The notes below the pieces were generated by a model, which did not search any database, was not told the DNA's origin, and was given only the letters and a program-made list of their open reading frames with translations. Below are positions 49,919-63,471 of a stretch of DNA of 64,000 nucleotides, one piece after another. The stretch's first letter is position 1; each line of letters begins with the position of its first letter. The translations under genes and the position numbers were made by a program. The stretch lies in assembly GCF_026210795.1 (NCBI RefSeq), contig NC_089429.1:4526001-4590000 (forward strand), given 5' to 3'. Source of the DNA: Rhizophagus irregularis. Taxonomy: Eukaryota.

Positions 49919-51351
49919 ATGACGAAAGGATATTCATTAGAAAAAGATTTAAGCCTATTGATAAATAATCCAAAATATAGTGATATAGAAATTTTATGTG
50001 ACGATGAAATGGTTCTAGAGCAATTTTAGCAGCAAGATCCGAAGTATTTGATAGATTACTTTATAATGGGATGAAAGAAAGTTATGAAAATAAAATTTCT
50101 TTTCCAAAGATCAATTCTTGTGGAATGGAAATTATATTAGAATACATTTATACGGGGTCAATTAAAAATGAATCTTTAACAAAGGATAATATAATTGAAG
50201 CTTTTTATGCTGCTGACTATTTTCAATTACCAGACCTTCAGGATTTTATTGTGAAAAATTTTAAAAATACACTAGAAAAAAATAACAATAGAAATTATTC
50301 ACCGGAACTACTGTCTAAATTTGCGGGGAAAATGCCATTAACGGAAGACAATATTCTCTTATGTTCGTTAGTTGAAGCAGTTGCTACTATTCCACTAAAT
50401 ACCATTGAATTCGGTCGATTGTCTATTACAGGCTTTCAATATCTTTTGTCTTGTACATATGAAAAAGAAAAGCCTTTTGCAACTCCAGAATACGAAGTTT
50501 TCCGATATAGTGCTATCCTTGCGGCAAAACAAGTTTCTAATGATACATATAAAACTCTTATGGAACGATTACCAACTCTAAAACAAATAGAACAAATGGA
50601 AAACTCTGTACGAGTAGAAAATAAATTTATTCCTGATCATAAAAAAGTTGCTAAAGAATTGGAGCTTTTAGTTGAATTTATTAATTTCAGACGAATCCAA
50701 GGTCAAGTATTAGTTGATATCATCGAGCCACTAGAAATTGTCCCGGCTAAAATCATTTTAAATATTTATCGACATAATACAAAATCAATTAATTCCGATA
50801 TAAACCATTTTCGAGGAATATCCATAAATAATTGTACCAATTATGTTTGGGATGAGTCAGCATGTGGACCAGAACTTATTATTGAGGATAATGGAAAAGT
50901 TGTATACGCACCAAATGGTCAATGGAGAAGTGTTAGAGCTAAAATGTTATTAGAAAATATTGGTATTTATGAATGGGATGTTATTATTGAGAAAGTTTGT
51001 ACATGGTCTTGGGTTGGAGTATGTGCATCAGAAAATTTTAACTATGGAGAAGTTGCAGGAACGCAATTTTCTGGATGGGTATTAGGTTCCAATGGTTCTT
51101 GTTGTAATCCTGGAAATAGTTTAAACAATTATTGTCCGCCATTTCATTATGATGGTGCAAAAATTACTGTTCATTTAGATATTAATAGAAGAACTTGTTC
51201 CTTTACAGTCAATGGTACAAAATATTCGGAAGTATCAGCATGGAATAATTTACCATCAAAGCTTTATCCAGTAGTATCATTAAAATACCCTGGTCGATTT
51301 CGTGATGAATTTGATTGTAAAAAATCATTTGATGTTATTTTACATATATAA
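49919..51351 (+). pseudogene. BTB-SPRY pseudogene (10-bp deletion near 5' end, altered C-terminus)
   Basis: gatgaa^atggttct lacks aagaaatttt relative to the 57539 copy; the remainder is open (50071-51351). Confidence 0.8.
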
Positions 51352-51869
51352 ATAAAAGATTTCAATTCGTGGTTCAAATTATTAACATGAAAAAAAGTCG
51401 TAATTTAGTGTTCATGTTTTTTTCGTTTTCTTAAATTAGTCCACGCACTTATAATATAATTATTATTAAATAGTATAAAGTAAAAAAAATCCTGGAATTG
51501 ATTGAAGTAATTGCAATGATTGTTCTTGATCCATTCAGAATCCTGCTAAATCATCCATGTTCTTTAAAAACTTTGTTGTAGTCTGTCCAGAATAAACTAC
51601 GAATCATGATTGGTTAGGGTGTTAAATTATTATATTTCAATTAATAAATTTTTTATTTTTTAACATTAAAATATAAGAATTTTTAATTTTCTAAATTAAA
51701 TGGATACAGTTTTAAAATTGCTGAATCATTTAATTAGACAATAGTTTTAAGTAATATTGTTAAAGTTCATTTTTTAATTAAACTACATAAAATAGAATGA
51801 TTATAGCCAAAATTAAGGTAATATAAAAATTATGCAAGAATTAATGTTAAGAAATCTAGTAATACAATT

Positions 51870-52310
51870 AAGCAAGATTAGTTGTAACGGAATGAAAGAA
51901 AGTTATGTAAACGAATTTTTTCTTTCTAATAATTTATTGAAAATTATACTAGAATTTACCTTTATATATTTGTCCAATCAAGAAGAATCCTTAATATAAA
52001 CAATAATGTTGTGGGATATTGAAAATTTATACACTTTTATTATGAAATTACTTTATAGTGATATAGTCAGACATCTAAAGTTGTGATTTATCAGAAGATA
52101 ATATTCTTAAAAATTCTTAAATTTATTGGTCTGGTCAGCAAAAACAATTCGTGCACTATAAAATCATTCTCTTTGCGACTTTCAAATAAAACTTACTACT
52201 CAAATATAAAGGTCAATCAAGTATTAATTGATATTATCGAGCATTATCAAATACCAGTATCTTTACGTTATAACGGCCGAATTCACATTCAAGCTCCTAA
52301 AAATATGCTT
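51870..52310 (+). pseudogene. degraded BTB-SPRY relic
   Basis: ggaatgaaagaaagttatg, gaagataatattctt, caagtattaattgatattatcgagc patches; partly repeated at 59653-59890. Confidence 0.5.
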
Positions 52311-52827
52311 AATTGAAGAAATATTGAGAAATTTTTTTTTTTTTTTTTTTGTATCATTATTTTTATAATGATAAATTAAAAATTAAGACTTATTTGTAAT
52401 GGATCATATTTAAATATATAATAATTTGAAATTTTAATATAAAAATAAAAAAAATTATTGGTGATTTATTACGTCATTCTATGTTTCATTATTGCGTCTT
52501 ATTCCAAGATAAAAAAAAAATGCTATTTGTCATTACTCATTATTAATCAATATAGTACCTGCATTTAATGTATGCAAAAACTAAAAATCATTGTAATGTC
52601 TATAACTGAAATCGTTTAATTTTGCTTGCGAGTACGGATTACCTTATAACCTTATAATGAGATAAAGTGTAACGATTGTCGATCGTTAGGCGTAGCTAAA
52701 AATGCAAAAATGGAAACATTTTTCAATGAGTGTACAGTACAAAATAGTACAAAACTAAATTTATATATTTAAATAATGTTCCAAAAAAAAAATTTTTCTT
52801 TTTTTAGAAAAATTTTTTCCAAGAAAA

Positions 52828-54240
52828 ATGACGAGAGGATATTCATTAGAAAAAGATTTAAGATTATTAATAAATAATCCAAAATATAGTGATATAGAAA
52901 TTTTATGTGAGGATGAAAAGAAATTATATGGTTGTAGAGCAATTTTAGCAGCAAGATCCGAAGTATTCGATAGATTACTTTACAATGGAATGAAAGAAAG
53001 TTATGAAACCCAAATTTCTTTTCCAAAAATTAATTCTACTGGAATGGAGATTGTATTAGAATATACTTATACGGGGTCAATTAAAAATGAATCTTTAACA
53101 AAGGATAATATAATTGAAGCTTTTTACGCTGCTGACTATTTTCAATTACCAGACCTTCAGGATTTTATTATGAAAGTTTTTAAAAATATGTTAAAAAAAA
53201 ATCATTTAGAAAATTATTCACCAGAGCTATTATCTAAATTTGCAGGAAAAATGCCATTAACAGAAGATAATATTTTTCTAAATTTATTGGTTGAAGCAGT
53301 AGCTACTATCCCATAAAATACAATTGAATTTGGTCGATTATCTATTACGGGCCTTCAATATCTTTTATCTTGTACATTTGAAAAAGAAAAACCTTTTGTA
53401 ACCCCAGAATATGAACTTTTTAGATATAGTTCTATTCTTGCAGCAAAACAAGTTTCTAATGATGCATTTAACACTCTTTTAAAACGATTGCCAACCTTAG
53501 ACCAAATAGAGAATTCAATTCAAGTAGAAAGTGAACCTATTACCGATCATCAAAAAGTTGCAAAGGAATTGGAGCCTTTAATTGAATTTATTAATTTCAG
53601 ACGAATTCAAGGTCAAGTATTAGTTGACATCATTGAGCCACTAGAAATTGTTCCAGCTAAAATAATTTTAAACGTTTATCGGCATAATACAAAATCAATT
53701 AATTCTAATATAAATCACATTAGAGGAATTTCCATATCAAATTGCTCCAGTTATGTTTGGGATGAGACATCATGCGGATCAAGACTTATCATTGAGGATA
53801 ATGGAAAAGTTGTATACGCACCAAATGGCCTTGGGCCATGGAAAAGTGTTAGAGCTAAAATGTCATTAGAAAATAATGGTATTTTTGAATGGGATGTTAT
53901 TATTGAGAAAGTTTGTGTCTGGTCTTGGGTTGGAGTATGTGCATCAGAAAATTTTAACTATGGAGAATTTGCAGGAGTGCAACCTTCTGGATGGGTATTA
54001 GGTTCCAATGGTTCTTGTTGTAATCCTGGAAATAGTTTAAACAATTATTGTCCGCCATTTCATAATGATGGTGCAAAAATTACTGTTCATTTAGATATGA
54101 ATAGAAGAACTTGTTCCTTTACAGTTAATGGTACAAAATATTCGGAAGTATCAGCATGGAATAATTTACCATCAAAGCTTTATCCAGTAGTATCATTATA
54201 TAGTCCTGGTCGCTTTCGAATTCAACCTCACCAAGACTAA
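52828..54240 (+). pseudogene. BTB-SPRY copy with a single in-frame TAA at 53314-53316
   Basis: CCA TAA AAT versus CCA TTA/CTA AAT in paralogs; the frame is otherwise open. Confidence 0.85.
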
Positions 54241-55914
54241 AAAATTATGAGTCATTATTTTTATAACAATAAATTAGAACTCGGGGAATTTGAAAGTTTC
54301 GTGACGAATCTGTTTAAGATCAACTATAAAAAATTCAATGATTCCAAATGTTTCTGATATTGGTAATTTAAACCAAAGCTTCATATTAATGAGTTATATA
54401 GATTAATAATATATTTATTGGTAATTAAAAACAAGGAAGCAAAAAAGAGAAAAAAATTAGTAATATTAAAACAAAAAAAAAGAAAAAAATTGTTATCAAG
54501 TTGTTTATTACTAGTGAAAGCTTAGTTAATACTTGAAGCTTGCGAAAAATAATAAACACCCTTTTTTAAATTAATTTCTCATGTTTTTCTACATCCTTAA
54601 TTTCTTTTATATTTTATCAAAATTTTCTGGCTTGTTAATTATGAATTAGTGTTGTATGATTATATTTTTTGTATGGATATGAAATTGTGGCGTTGTTCGA
54701 GTAATTAATCGAACCAATTATAAATTAATTAAATTATATTAATTAATTGTTTGTAATATCATCAATTTTGAATTCTTGCATTGTTGGTTTCCACATTTAT
54801 TGATCGTATTACATATGCAAAATCTTTAGTTGAGTCACCCAACTTAGGTTTAATCAATTCAATTCTTCATATAATTATCCATAATCCATACATCTATATT
54901 GTAGATTATAATATTTCTTCTTCCTCCTCTTTTACCCCAAATTCCTTAAATATTTTTTCGATAATTTCGTGTTTTTTCATTTACTTCTAACATATCAAAA
55001 AGCTTTTATGGTTATGGTCACGCCATATAAAGACTATATGTTATTAATACTTTATATTTTTTATTCGGCAATAAAAGCAATCTTCGAACCTAAAATTATT
55101 ATACAGATTCTGATCAAGATTTGTCTCGTACCTTAATCTCAAAAAATTTTTAATTTGTAGAACCTTTAAAGAAACTACTGTAACAATTTATTATAAATAA
55201 TATTGATGAGTTTTTATGGACTATGTTCACATATTCGTTATCTTATAAAATATTTAATACATAATTTATTGCATTATAAAAATAGATTTTACAAATTTAA
55301 ATATTGGTCTTAACTCTTAACTTACGAAACCATACTCTCTTTAGTTTGTCGTATTTGTTGTGTAGTATAACCGATTTTGTTACAATATGAAAAAGATTTA
55401 AGAACTCAACTTGAGAATACGTACGAATAAATATTTCTAATTCAGTTTTACTAAAAAAATTTATACAAAAAATATGTTTCCGTAGGTTGTTGAAAGCTCA
55501 TTAATGTACCGTATTATATGGAAATATATATATTACCACATGTTTTCTCGAGATTTAATTCGTAACAAAAAATATATTTAATATGAAATGATATTGTGAA
55601 TTACACTTTTATTTAATTAAGCAAAGTTTTTTATTATTGATTTATGAGCATTTAAATTTAAAAAACTTAGGATTAGTCAAATATCTGGAATTTGATTTAT
55701 AATTCGTTTGATTAAATATATTTTTTGGAATAACGTGAAGACTCCTTTTTTTAATTGATACGAGATCATCCTGTACTAATGATTCATTGAAATGCATGAA
55801 ATTTTTTGCTAATACTTTTTTTACCAAATACTATCCTAAATTTGTAAAAAATCAGCATCATATTTATTATTTATATACTCATTGAGTTAAAAAAAAAAAA
55901 AAAAAAATATTAAA

Positions 55915-56420
55915 ATGACCTCGTTAGAAAAAGATTTAAGATTATTAATAAATAATCCAAAGTACAGTGATATAGAAATTTTATGTGAAGATGAAAAGAA
56001 ATTATATGGCTGTAGAGCAATTTTAGCAGCAAGATCCGAAGTATTTATAGATTACTTTATAATGGGATGAAAGAGAGTTTCGAAAGACAAATTTCTTTAC
56101 TAACGATCAATTCTAGTGGAATGGAAATTATATTAAAATATTTTTATGTTGTATCAATTAAAGAAAATTCTTTGACTAAAGATAATATAGTTGAAGCTTA
56201 TTATGATGCTGTAGATTATTTTCAATTATCGGACCTTCAAAGATTTTATAATGAAAAACTTAAAAAAATATTTTAAAAGAAAATTACGGAGTAAACCATA
56301 TTCCAAGAATTATTATCTAAAGCTGTAGAAATTATACTTTTATCAGAAGATTATAATTTATTAGTTGAAGAAACAGCAACTATTTTACTAAATGATATTG
56401 GAATTGGTCGATTATCAATG
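55915..56420 (+). pseudogene. truncated, frameshifted BTB gene
   Basis: MTSLEKDLRLLINNPKYSDIEILC...; frameshifts; homology ends after gaattggtcgattatc. Confidence 0.8.
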
Positions 56421-57538
56421 TTCAAGTCTGAGCTTAACGCATAAATATATCAAATATTTATACAGTAATACTGTAGCTAAATAATATGGCATGTTATATG
56501 ATTATTGTTTAAAAAAGATAATTTATTAAACAATTCATTATGCAGTGTCACACTCCATTTATTGCGTTTTAATATTTATTCCAGAATAGAATTCTTTCAT
56601 AAAGAAAAAAAATGCTATTTGTCATTAAATAATATTCCCACATTTAATGCATACGAAACTAAAAATCATCATAATGTTTATAAATCATTTAATTTTGCTT
56701 GCGAGTACTAGTACGAATTACTTTAATCTTTTATGCTATACGTACAGTACACGAAACTAGTACCCGTAACCATCAAAAAAATGTTCCAGTAATCCTAACC
56801 CTACAAAAAACTTATTCCGTGTTTTTTATTCTCTGTTATCTCCGTAAATGTATCATATTCACGGAATTTATAGCCTCAAAACATGGAAATTATCCAAGTT
56901 GCTTAGATTTTTATTTATTTACCTATAAATTTATCATATTCACGGAGTTTTTACAAAAATTACGGATAAAATTTTTTACAGGATAAGTAATTCCAATGTC
57001 AACGTTAACTCTAAATGTAACCTTTCAACCTAAACTAACCTTACTAATCCTTAATTTAATCCCACATATGCTTACTCCAACCCTAAGCAACTCTAAAACG
57101 TCAGTGAACTCCAAAAATAAATATTTCAGTATATTCTATATAAATTTTTAAAACAATTAATTTAACATAAATCTACAAAAACTAATTATTATTTATTAAA
57201 ATAAACACAAATTGTTTTTTTGGTTCACGTCACCTGGTAGAGTTTGTTTTTGTAAAACTTCTAAAACTTCGAAAAATTTTTTTATATATTTATGCTAACG
57301 TTATCTGAGCTGATCGTCAATTCGTTTTCAAAGTCGTGTTGCCACAACTGCGCCGTATATAACAAAATCACATGTTAAAATCACATGAGCTTTAGTGAAC
57401 GCTTGTCGATCATAAGCACAACTATTTGGACATGTGGTACAGTACAACATAGTACAAATTTTAAATTTATATATAAATAAGGTTTCTCAAAATGCCCTAA
57501 ATTAAATTTTATTTTTTTAAAAAAAAAATTTCCAAGAA

Positions 57539-58960
57539 ATGACGAAAGGATATTCATTAGAAAAAGATTTAAGTTTATTGATAAATAATCCAAAATATAG
57601 TGATATAGAAATTTTATGTGACGATGAAAAGAAATTTTATGGTTCTAGAGCAATTTTGGCAGCAAGGTCCGAAGTATTTGATAGATTACTTTATAATGGG
57701 ATGAAAGAAAGTTATGAAAATAAAATTTCTTTTCCAACGATCAATTCTTGTGGAATGGAAATTATATTAGAATACATTTATACGGGATCAATTAAAAATG
57801 AATCTTTAACAAAGGATAATATAATTGAAGCTTTTTATGCTGCCGACTATTTTCAATTACCAGATCTTCAGGATTTTATTGTGAAAAATTTTAAAGATAC
57901 ATTAGAAAAAAATAACAATGGAAATTATTCACCGGAACTACTGTCTAAATTTGCAAATAAAATGCCATTAACAGAAGACAATATTTTCTTATGTTCGTTA
58001 ATTGAAGCAGTAGCTACTATTCCACTAAATACCATTGAATTTGGTCGATTATCTATTACAGGCTTTCAATATTTTTTGACTTGTACATATGAAAAAGAAG
58101 AGCCTTTTGCAACTTCAGAATATGAAGTATTCCGATATAGTGCTCTCCTTGCGGCAAAACAAGTTTCTAATGATGCATATAAAACTCTTATGGGACGATT
58201 ACCAACTCTAGAACAAATAGAACAAATGGAAAACTCTGTACGAATAGAAAATAAATTTATTCCCGATCGTAATAAAGTTGCTAAAGAATTGGAGCTTTTA
58301 GTTGAATTTATTAATTTCAGACGAATCCAAGGTCAAGTATTAGTTGATATCATCGAGCCACTAGAAATTGTCCCGGCTAAAATCATTTTAAATATTTATC
58401 GACATAATACAAGATCAATTAATTCCGAACTAAATCATTTTCGAGGAATATCCATAACTAATCATGCCAATTATGTTTGGGATGAGTCAGTATGTGGATC
58501 AAAAGTTATTATTGAGAATAATGGAAAAGTTGTATATGCACCAAAAAATCTTATTTCGTGGAGTATTGTTAGAGCTAAAATGTTATTGGAAAATAAAGGT
58601 ATTTATGAATGGGACATTATTATTGAGAAAATTTGTTTCTGGTCTTGGGTCGGAGTATGTGCATCAAAAAATTTTGATTATGAAAATCCTGCAGGAAGGC
58701 AATCTTCTGGATGGGTATTAGGTTCCAATGGTTATTGTCGTAATTCTGATTATGAAACATACTACTGTCCGTCATTTCACGAAGATGGTGCAAGAATTAC
58801 AGTTCATTTAGATATGAATAAAAGAACTTGTTCTTTTACAGTCAATGGTACAAAATATCCAGAAGTATCAGTATGGAATAATTTACCATCAGAGCTCTAT
58901 CCAATAGTATCAATAAAATACCCTGGTCGATATAGAATTCAACCTCATCAAAAGAAATAA
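57539..58960 (+). CDS. BTB/POZ-BACK-SPRY protein, 473 aa (mosaic)
   Basis: Intact paralog. Confidence 0.9.
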   Translation: MTKGYSLEKDLSLLINNPKYSDIEILCDDEKKFYGSRAILAARSEVFDRLLYNGMKESYENKISFPTINSCGMEIILEYIYTGSIKNESLTKDNIIEAFYAADYFQLPDLQDFIVKNFKDTLEKNNNGNYSPELLSKFANKMPLTEDNIFLCSLIEAVATIPLNTIEFGRLSITGFQYFLTCTYEKEEPFATSEYEVFRYSALLAAKQVSNDAYKTLMGRLPTLEQIEQMENSVRIENKFIPDRNKVAKELELLVEFINFRRIQGQVLVDIIEPLEIVPAKIILNIYRHNTRSINSELNHFRGISITNHANYVWDESVCGSKVIIENNGKVVYAPKNLISWSIVRAKMLLENKGIYEWDIIIEKICFWSWVGVCASKNFDYENPAGRQSSGWVLGSNGYCRNSDYETYYCPSFHEDGARITVHLDMNKRTCSFTVNGTKYPEVSVWNNLPSELYPIVSIKYPGRYRIQPHQKK

Positions 58961-59111
58961 TTAATCGTAAAATTATAGAATAAAAATATTTATTTTTAAC
59001 TGAAAATGAGAACTCGGAAAGTTAATTGTTATAGTTAATTATTTCGTTATAATTTATTAAGTCATTTATATTAAAAACTTGCGATTATATAATTCATAAC
59101 TCTACCAAACT

Positions 59112-59652
59112 TAGGGATGGCAAAAAACATGTTTTAAAACAATTTTGGCGTTTTAAAACATTAAGCACTTTACTAGACTTTACTACGTAATACATATTTG
59201 CAATAAAAATTTAAGCACTTTATTATATAATATATATTTAGAGTATAGCCGGACCGACCTTGTTGGGAATTTTATTTTGTAATAGCTTAGTGATACTACT
59301 ATTCGTTAAATAAAATGTACGCTAACTCTTAAAAAAAAAAATTATATATGTTAATTTTAAATCTTCTAATCGATCAATTTAATCAATAACTAATGTCATT
59401 TCCACAATAATTACACACTTTTGACGAGGTGTTTTTCGTAACTTTTCAAAGTGCTTACTGATGTCTTCTGATGATGGTCTTCCACGAGAATAATTTTAAA
59501 AAAAGGCTGCTTAAAAATACAAAAAAGGTCATTAAAAAATAATTACGCAATAATCCGACCAATGTTTTAAAACAAAAAAAAAGTTTTAAAACAATAAAAA
59601 TCTGATTTAAATTGTTTTAAAACATCTTGTTTTAAATCACGTGCCATCCCTA
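59112..59652. mobile_element. hAT-like MITE, 541 bp
   Basis: TIR TAGGGATGGCA/TGCCATCCCTA; GTTTTAAAAC subterminal repeats; no TSD. Confidence 0.75.
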
Positions 59653-60246
59653 GTTGTGGGATATTGAAAATTTATACACTTTTATTATGAAATTATTTTA
59701 TAGTCAGACATCTAAAGTTGTGATTTTATCAGAAGATAACGTTCTTAAAAATTTAAAAATTCCTAAATTTATCAGTCTGGTCGGCAACAATCAATTCGTG
59801 CACTTTAAATCATTCTCTTTGCAACTTTCAAATAAAACTTATTCAAAATATAAAGGTCAATCAAGTATTAATTGATATTATCGAGCTAATTAAAAAATTT
59901 TTTTCATGTTTAGATTACCCTGTATAAATAATTTGAATTGAATAACTAGGGTAATTTGGTATTGTTAGTGAGTTATAATATAATTATTGCATTATTCAGT
60001 AATTATTTATATATATTTTAAGTAATATAATAGGGTTTATATTAAAAAGTTGATTTGTATTTTGTATATTTATCAAATAATAAATTTTATGGTTTATTTT
60101 GAGTTTATTAGTTTTATTAAAGAAATATTATATTTAATGATCAAAATGAATTAATCCTGTAACATGTTAAATGAAGATAAATATAAATATAATAGTTTGT
60201 ATTGATTTTAATAAAATATTAGATATGATGATGATGTTAAGTATAC

Positions 60247-60482
60247 GTCAAGGTTGCATGGGATGATCTCCCTCCTGAATATTATCGAAAATTAATTGAT
60301 AGTATGCCTCAGAGGGTCAATGCTGTTATTTTCGCGAATGGATATAGATTTAATTATTAAATTTTTGTAAAATTCAATAAAGGAAGGCGTAATGAACATG
60401 TTAAATTTTTATTTTCATTTTATAAAACATATAAAAATTTTTTAATTTTGAAAAGTGGCCGGATCATTTAGGCCACCATCTG
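60247..60482 (+). mobile_element. Tc1/mariner remnant (transposase C-terminus and right end)
   Basis: VKVAWDDLPPEYYRKLIDSMPQRVNAVIFANG matches the Tc1 C-terminal pattern; end ...GGCCACCATCTG followed by TA. Confidence 0.75.
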
Positions 60483-61659
60483 TATGTAACATGATCTGTC
60501 CATGTTATTTGATTGGCGGTCGGGTCATATTATACACAATTCTTTATTGCTAATATAATTTTCCGGTTAATGAAATTTTAATCACTTTTTTTACAAAAAA
60601 ACTTAGTTTGTATTAATAATAATTTTTCTATTCCCATCCTCTTGGAATGAATGATGCAGCTATCCAGTTATTTCCAGTTTTTGTAATTACAAATTTTTTT
60701 TAAATGAATATTATTCCTTTTTCAGTCAAAGCCAATTTTTTTTCCATCATTGTAATTCTTTTATTTATTTAGTGTTTTTAATATTTTTTTTATTACTATA
60801 AAAATTTGTTTTTAAATTTTCTATTAATAAAATAGTGGCAAAAAAAAATAATAAAAATTGATATGAAAATATAGAAACATAATATGGACGAAATTATATT
60901 TATTTTGTAAAAGATATTTTGTGATGTGATTTTAACATGATTTATATAAAGAAAAAAACTCCATTAATCCATTTATATTTTGAAACAATAAAATGATATA
61001 TCTTTTTTTTATACTGTATATTCATACTGTATGCTTATAAAAAATAAAATCTCCATATTTTTTAATATTCCACATTTTAAAGTACTTAATTAAATTCATA
61101 TATTTATTATTAAATTCAAATAATAGAATAGCATCTGTTTTTTAATACTAATATATTTCATTAATTTATAATGTTTCATACATTGCATTTATTTATTAAG
61201 TTTCATTTATTCACATTTATTGTTAACCTTTGTATACATGCAATTTACTTTATATATACTGCCTATTATCAGAATAAGTATGTTAATTATGTAATCATTT
61301 ATGAACTTAATAAATAAACGCGTTAAAAAAAGAATCAGAATAAGTAAAAATTGGCAAAAAATTGGATAGCCAATTTTTGGCTACATCTGTCCAATTTGTG
61401 ACTTTTACAGCCGATTTCATAAATCATTAGTGTATTACCAATATAAAAATGTAGATTCCATAATCCATATACAATTTTTTTGTATGGTAAAAAATAAAGA
61501 AAAATTTATATTGTAATATTAAATTTAATTTTAAATAATAATGCTTTATTAAGTAATATTAAATAAAAATTTAAATTTTAAAAATACATTAAAGAATGTA
61601 AATTTATTTGCAATTCAGTATAGTATGATCATAAAAAATATAAATTACTCCACTGCATT

Positions 61660-62640
61660 TTCATGAAAATTGGATTTTGACTGCTAAACAACTTTTAATT
61701 AATAAAAGAAGTCGATTTCCTTTGACCAAAATGTTCAAAATACGTTCTGAAGTGACAAAACAGAAAAAATAAAATTCATGAATGAGTACCGTTGTGAAAA
61801 ACGTGAATAACCCTTCAAGTATTAACTGTACCTTCATGAAAATTAATATCCAAGCAGATTATGACCCACTGAAAAACTTTTAATTAATATAAGAAGTCAA
61901 TTTACTTTGACTAAAATGCTCAAAATACGCTCTGAAGTGACAAAACGGAAAAAATAAAATTCGTGAATGAGTACCGTTGTGAAAAACGTGAATAACCCTT
62001 CAAGTATTAACTGTACCTTCATGTAAACTAATATTCAAACAGATTATAACTCGCTGAACAACTTTCAATTAATATAAGAAGTCGATTTACTTTGACTAAA
62101 GTGCTCAAAATACGCTCTGAAGTGACAAAATGGAAAAAATAAAATTCGTGAATGAGTACCGTTGTGAAAAACGTGAATAACTCTTCAAATATTAACTGTA
62201 CCTTCATGAAAACCAATATTCGAACAGATTATTACTCGCTGAACAACTTTCAATTAATATAAGAAGTCGATTTACTTTGACTAAAGTGCCGAAAATACGC
62301 TCTAAAGTAATAAAACAGAAAAAATAAAATTCCATTGTGAAAAACGTGAATAACCCTTCAAGTATTAACTGTACCTTCATGAAAATTAATATCCAAGCAG
62401 ATTTTGACCCGCCAAAAAACTTTCAATTAATATAAGAAGTCGATTTACTTTGACTAAACTGCCCAAAATACGCTCTGAAGGTAAAAAAAATTTGTAACTT
62501 AGTACTATCATGTAAAAATGTAAATAACTCCAAAAATATTAACTGTGCTTTCATGTAGATTAATATCTTAACAGCTTCAAACTTGCTGAACTACTTTTAA
62601 TTAAAGAGCAAGATTTACTTTGGCCAAAATGCTCAAACCA
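61660..62640. repeat. tandem repeat, ~185-bp unit, ~5 copies
   Basis: Anchor TACG(C/T)TCT at 61741, 61926, 62111, 62296, 62469. Confidence 0.9.
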
Positions 62641-63471
62641 TAATTTGAAATATGTGTAAACAAACTATAATATTTGTTTATATTTAAATTCTGAGTTATT
62701 TAATTTAAATATGTTTGTGTTTATATTTAAGGAAAAAAAATAAAATTTTACTTCTATTTTATTAGGTTTTTGTAAATGAAAAGACAAAAAAATAATCAGC
62801 TGAAAAAATAAAAAAATTCTTTGTTAATAACCGTAATACATGATCACATGTTGCAATATTAAAATCGGAAATCCTATATTTAAATTGGTAATACGTATTA
62901 CATATATGACCGATAGGCCAAATTATATCTCCTGCTATTACAATTGTAAAATAATATTAAAATTATGAATAAATTAAAAGTTTTTCTAATTTGAAAAATG
63001 CAAATCTTTCTGAATTACTCAAATTTTCAAATCTGTTTATTATAGTATAATCAATAGTTAATTTTCACTGCAAAATCTCCTAGGAATGGATAAATAAATA
63101 CATATAAAATTTACTACCCAGTAAGGTTTTTTTGGATGGTTCTAACCTCTACTTATTATTTATTTTATTTATTTTATTTTTTTTATAGAGAGAAATTGTC
63201 ATAATACATGTATTATTTTAAAATTAACATTTTAAAAATTAAATTGAAAAACTATAATTTATTAATTAACAATAAAATGTTTTTTGTTAAAATTATTTAA
63301 AAATTTTTTAAATTATAGCGAAAATGCTACAACAGTAAATAATATTATAATAGCGAAATTGATCAGCAAACAAATGAAAACATGCAAATATTGAATGATG
63401 TCTCAATTTAACAGGTATTTTCAGTGGCACAGGAAGAGTTTTTGCGAAAAGTTGGCATTAGAAGTTTTTTT

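Noticed and set aside
56799..56982. Small CCCTA-ended inverted-repeat element
   Set aside because: Termini are too degenerate and there is no TSD; probably a CACTA relic but not supportable as a feature.
1550..62216. Most 60-100-aa ORFs in the track
   Set aside because: Antisense or alternate-frame shadows of real genes and TEs, or low-complexity AT-rich ORFs without motifs.
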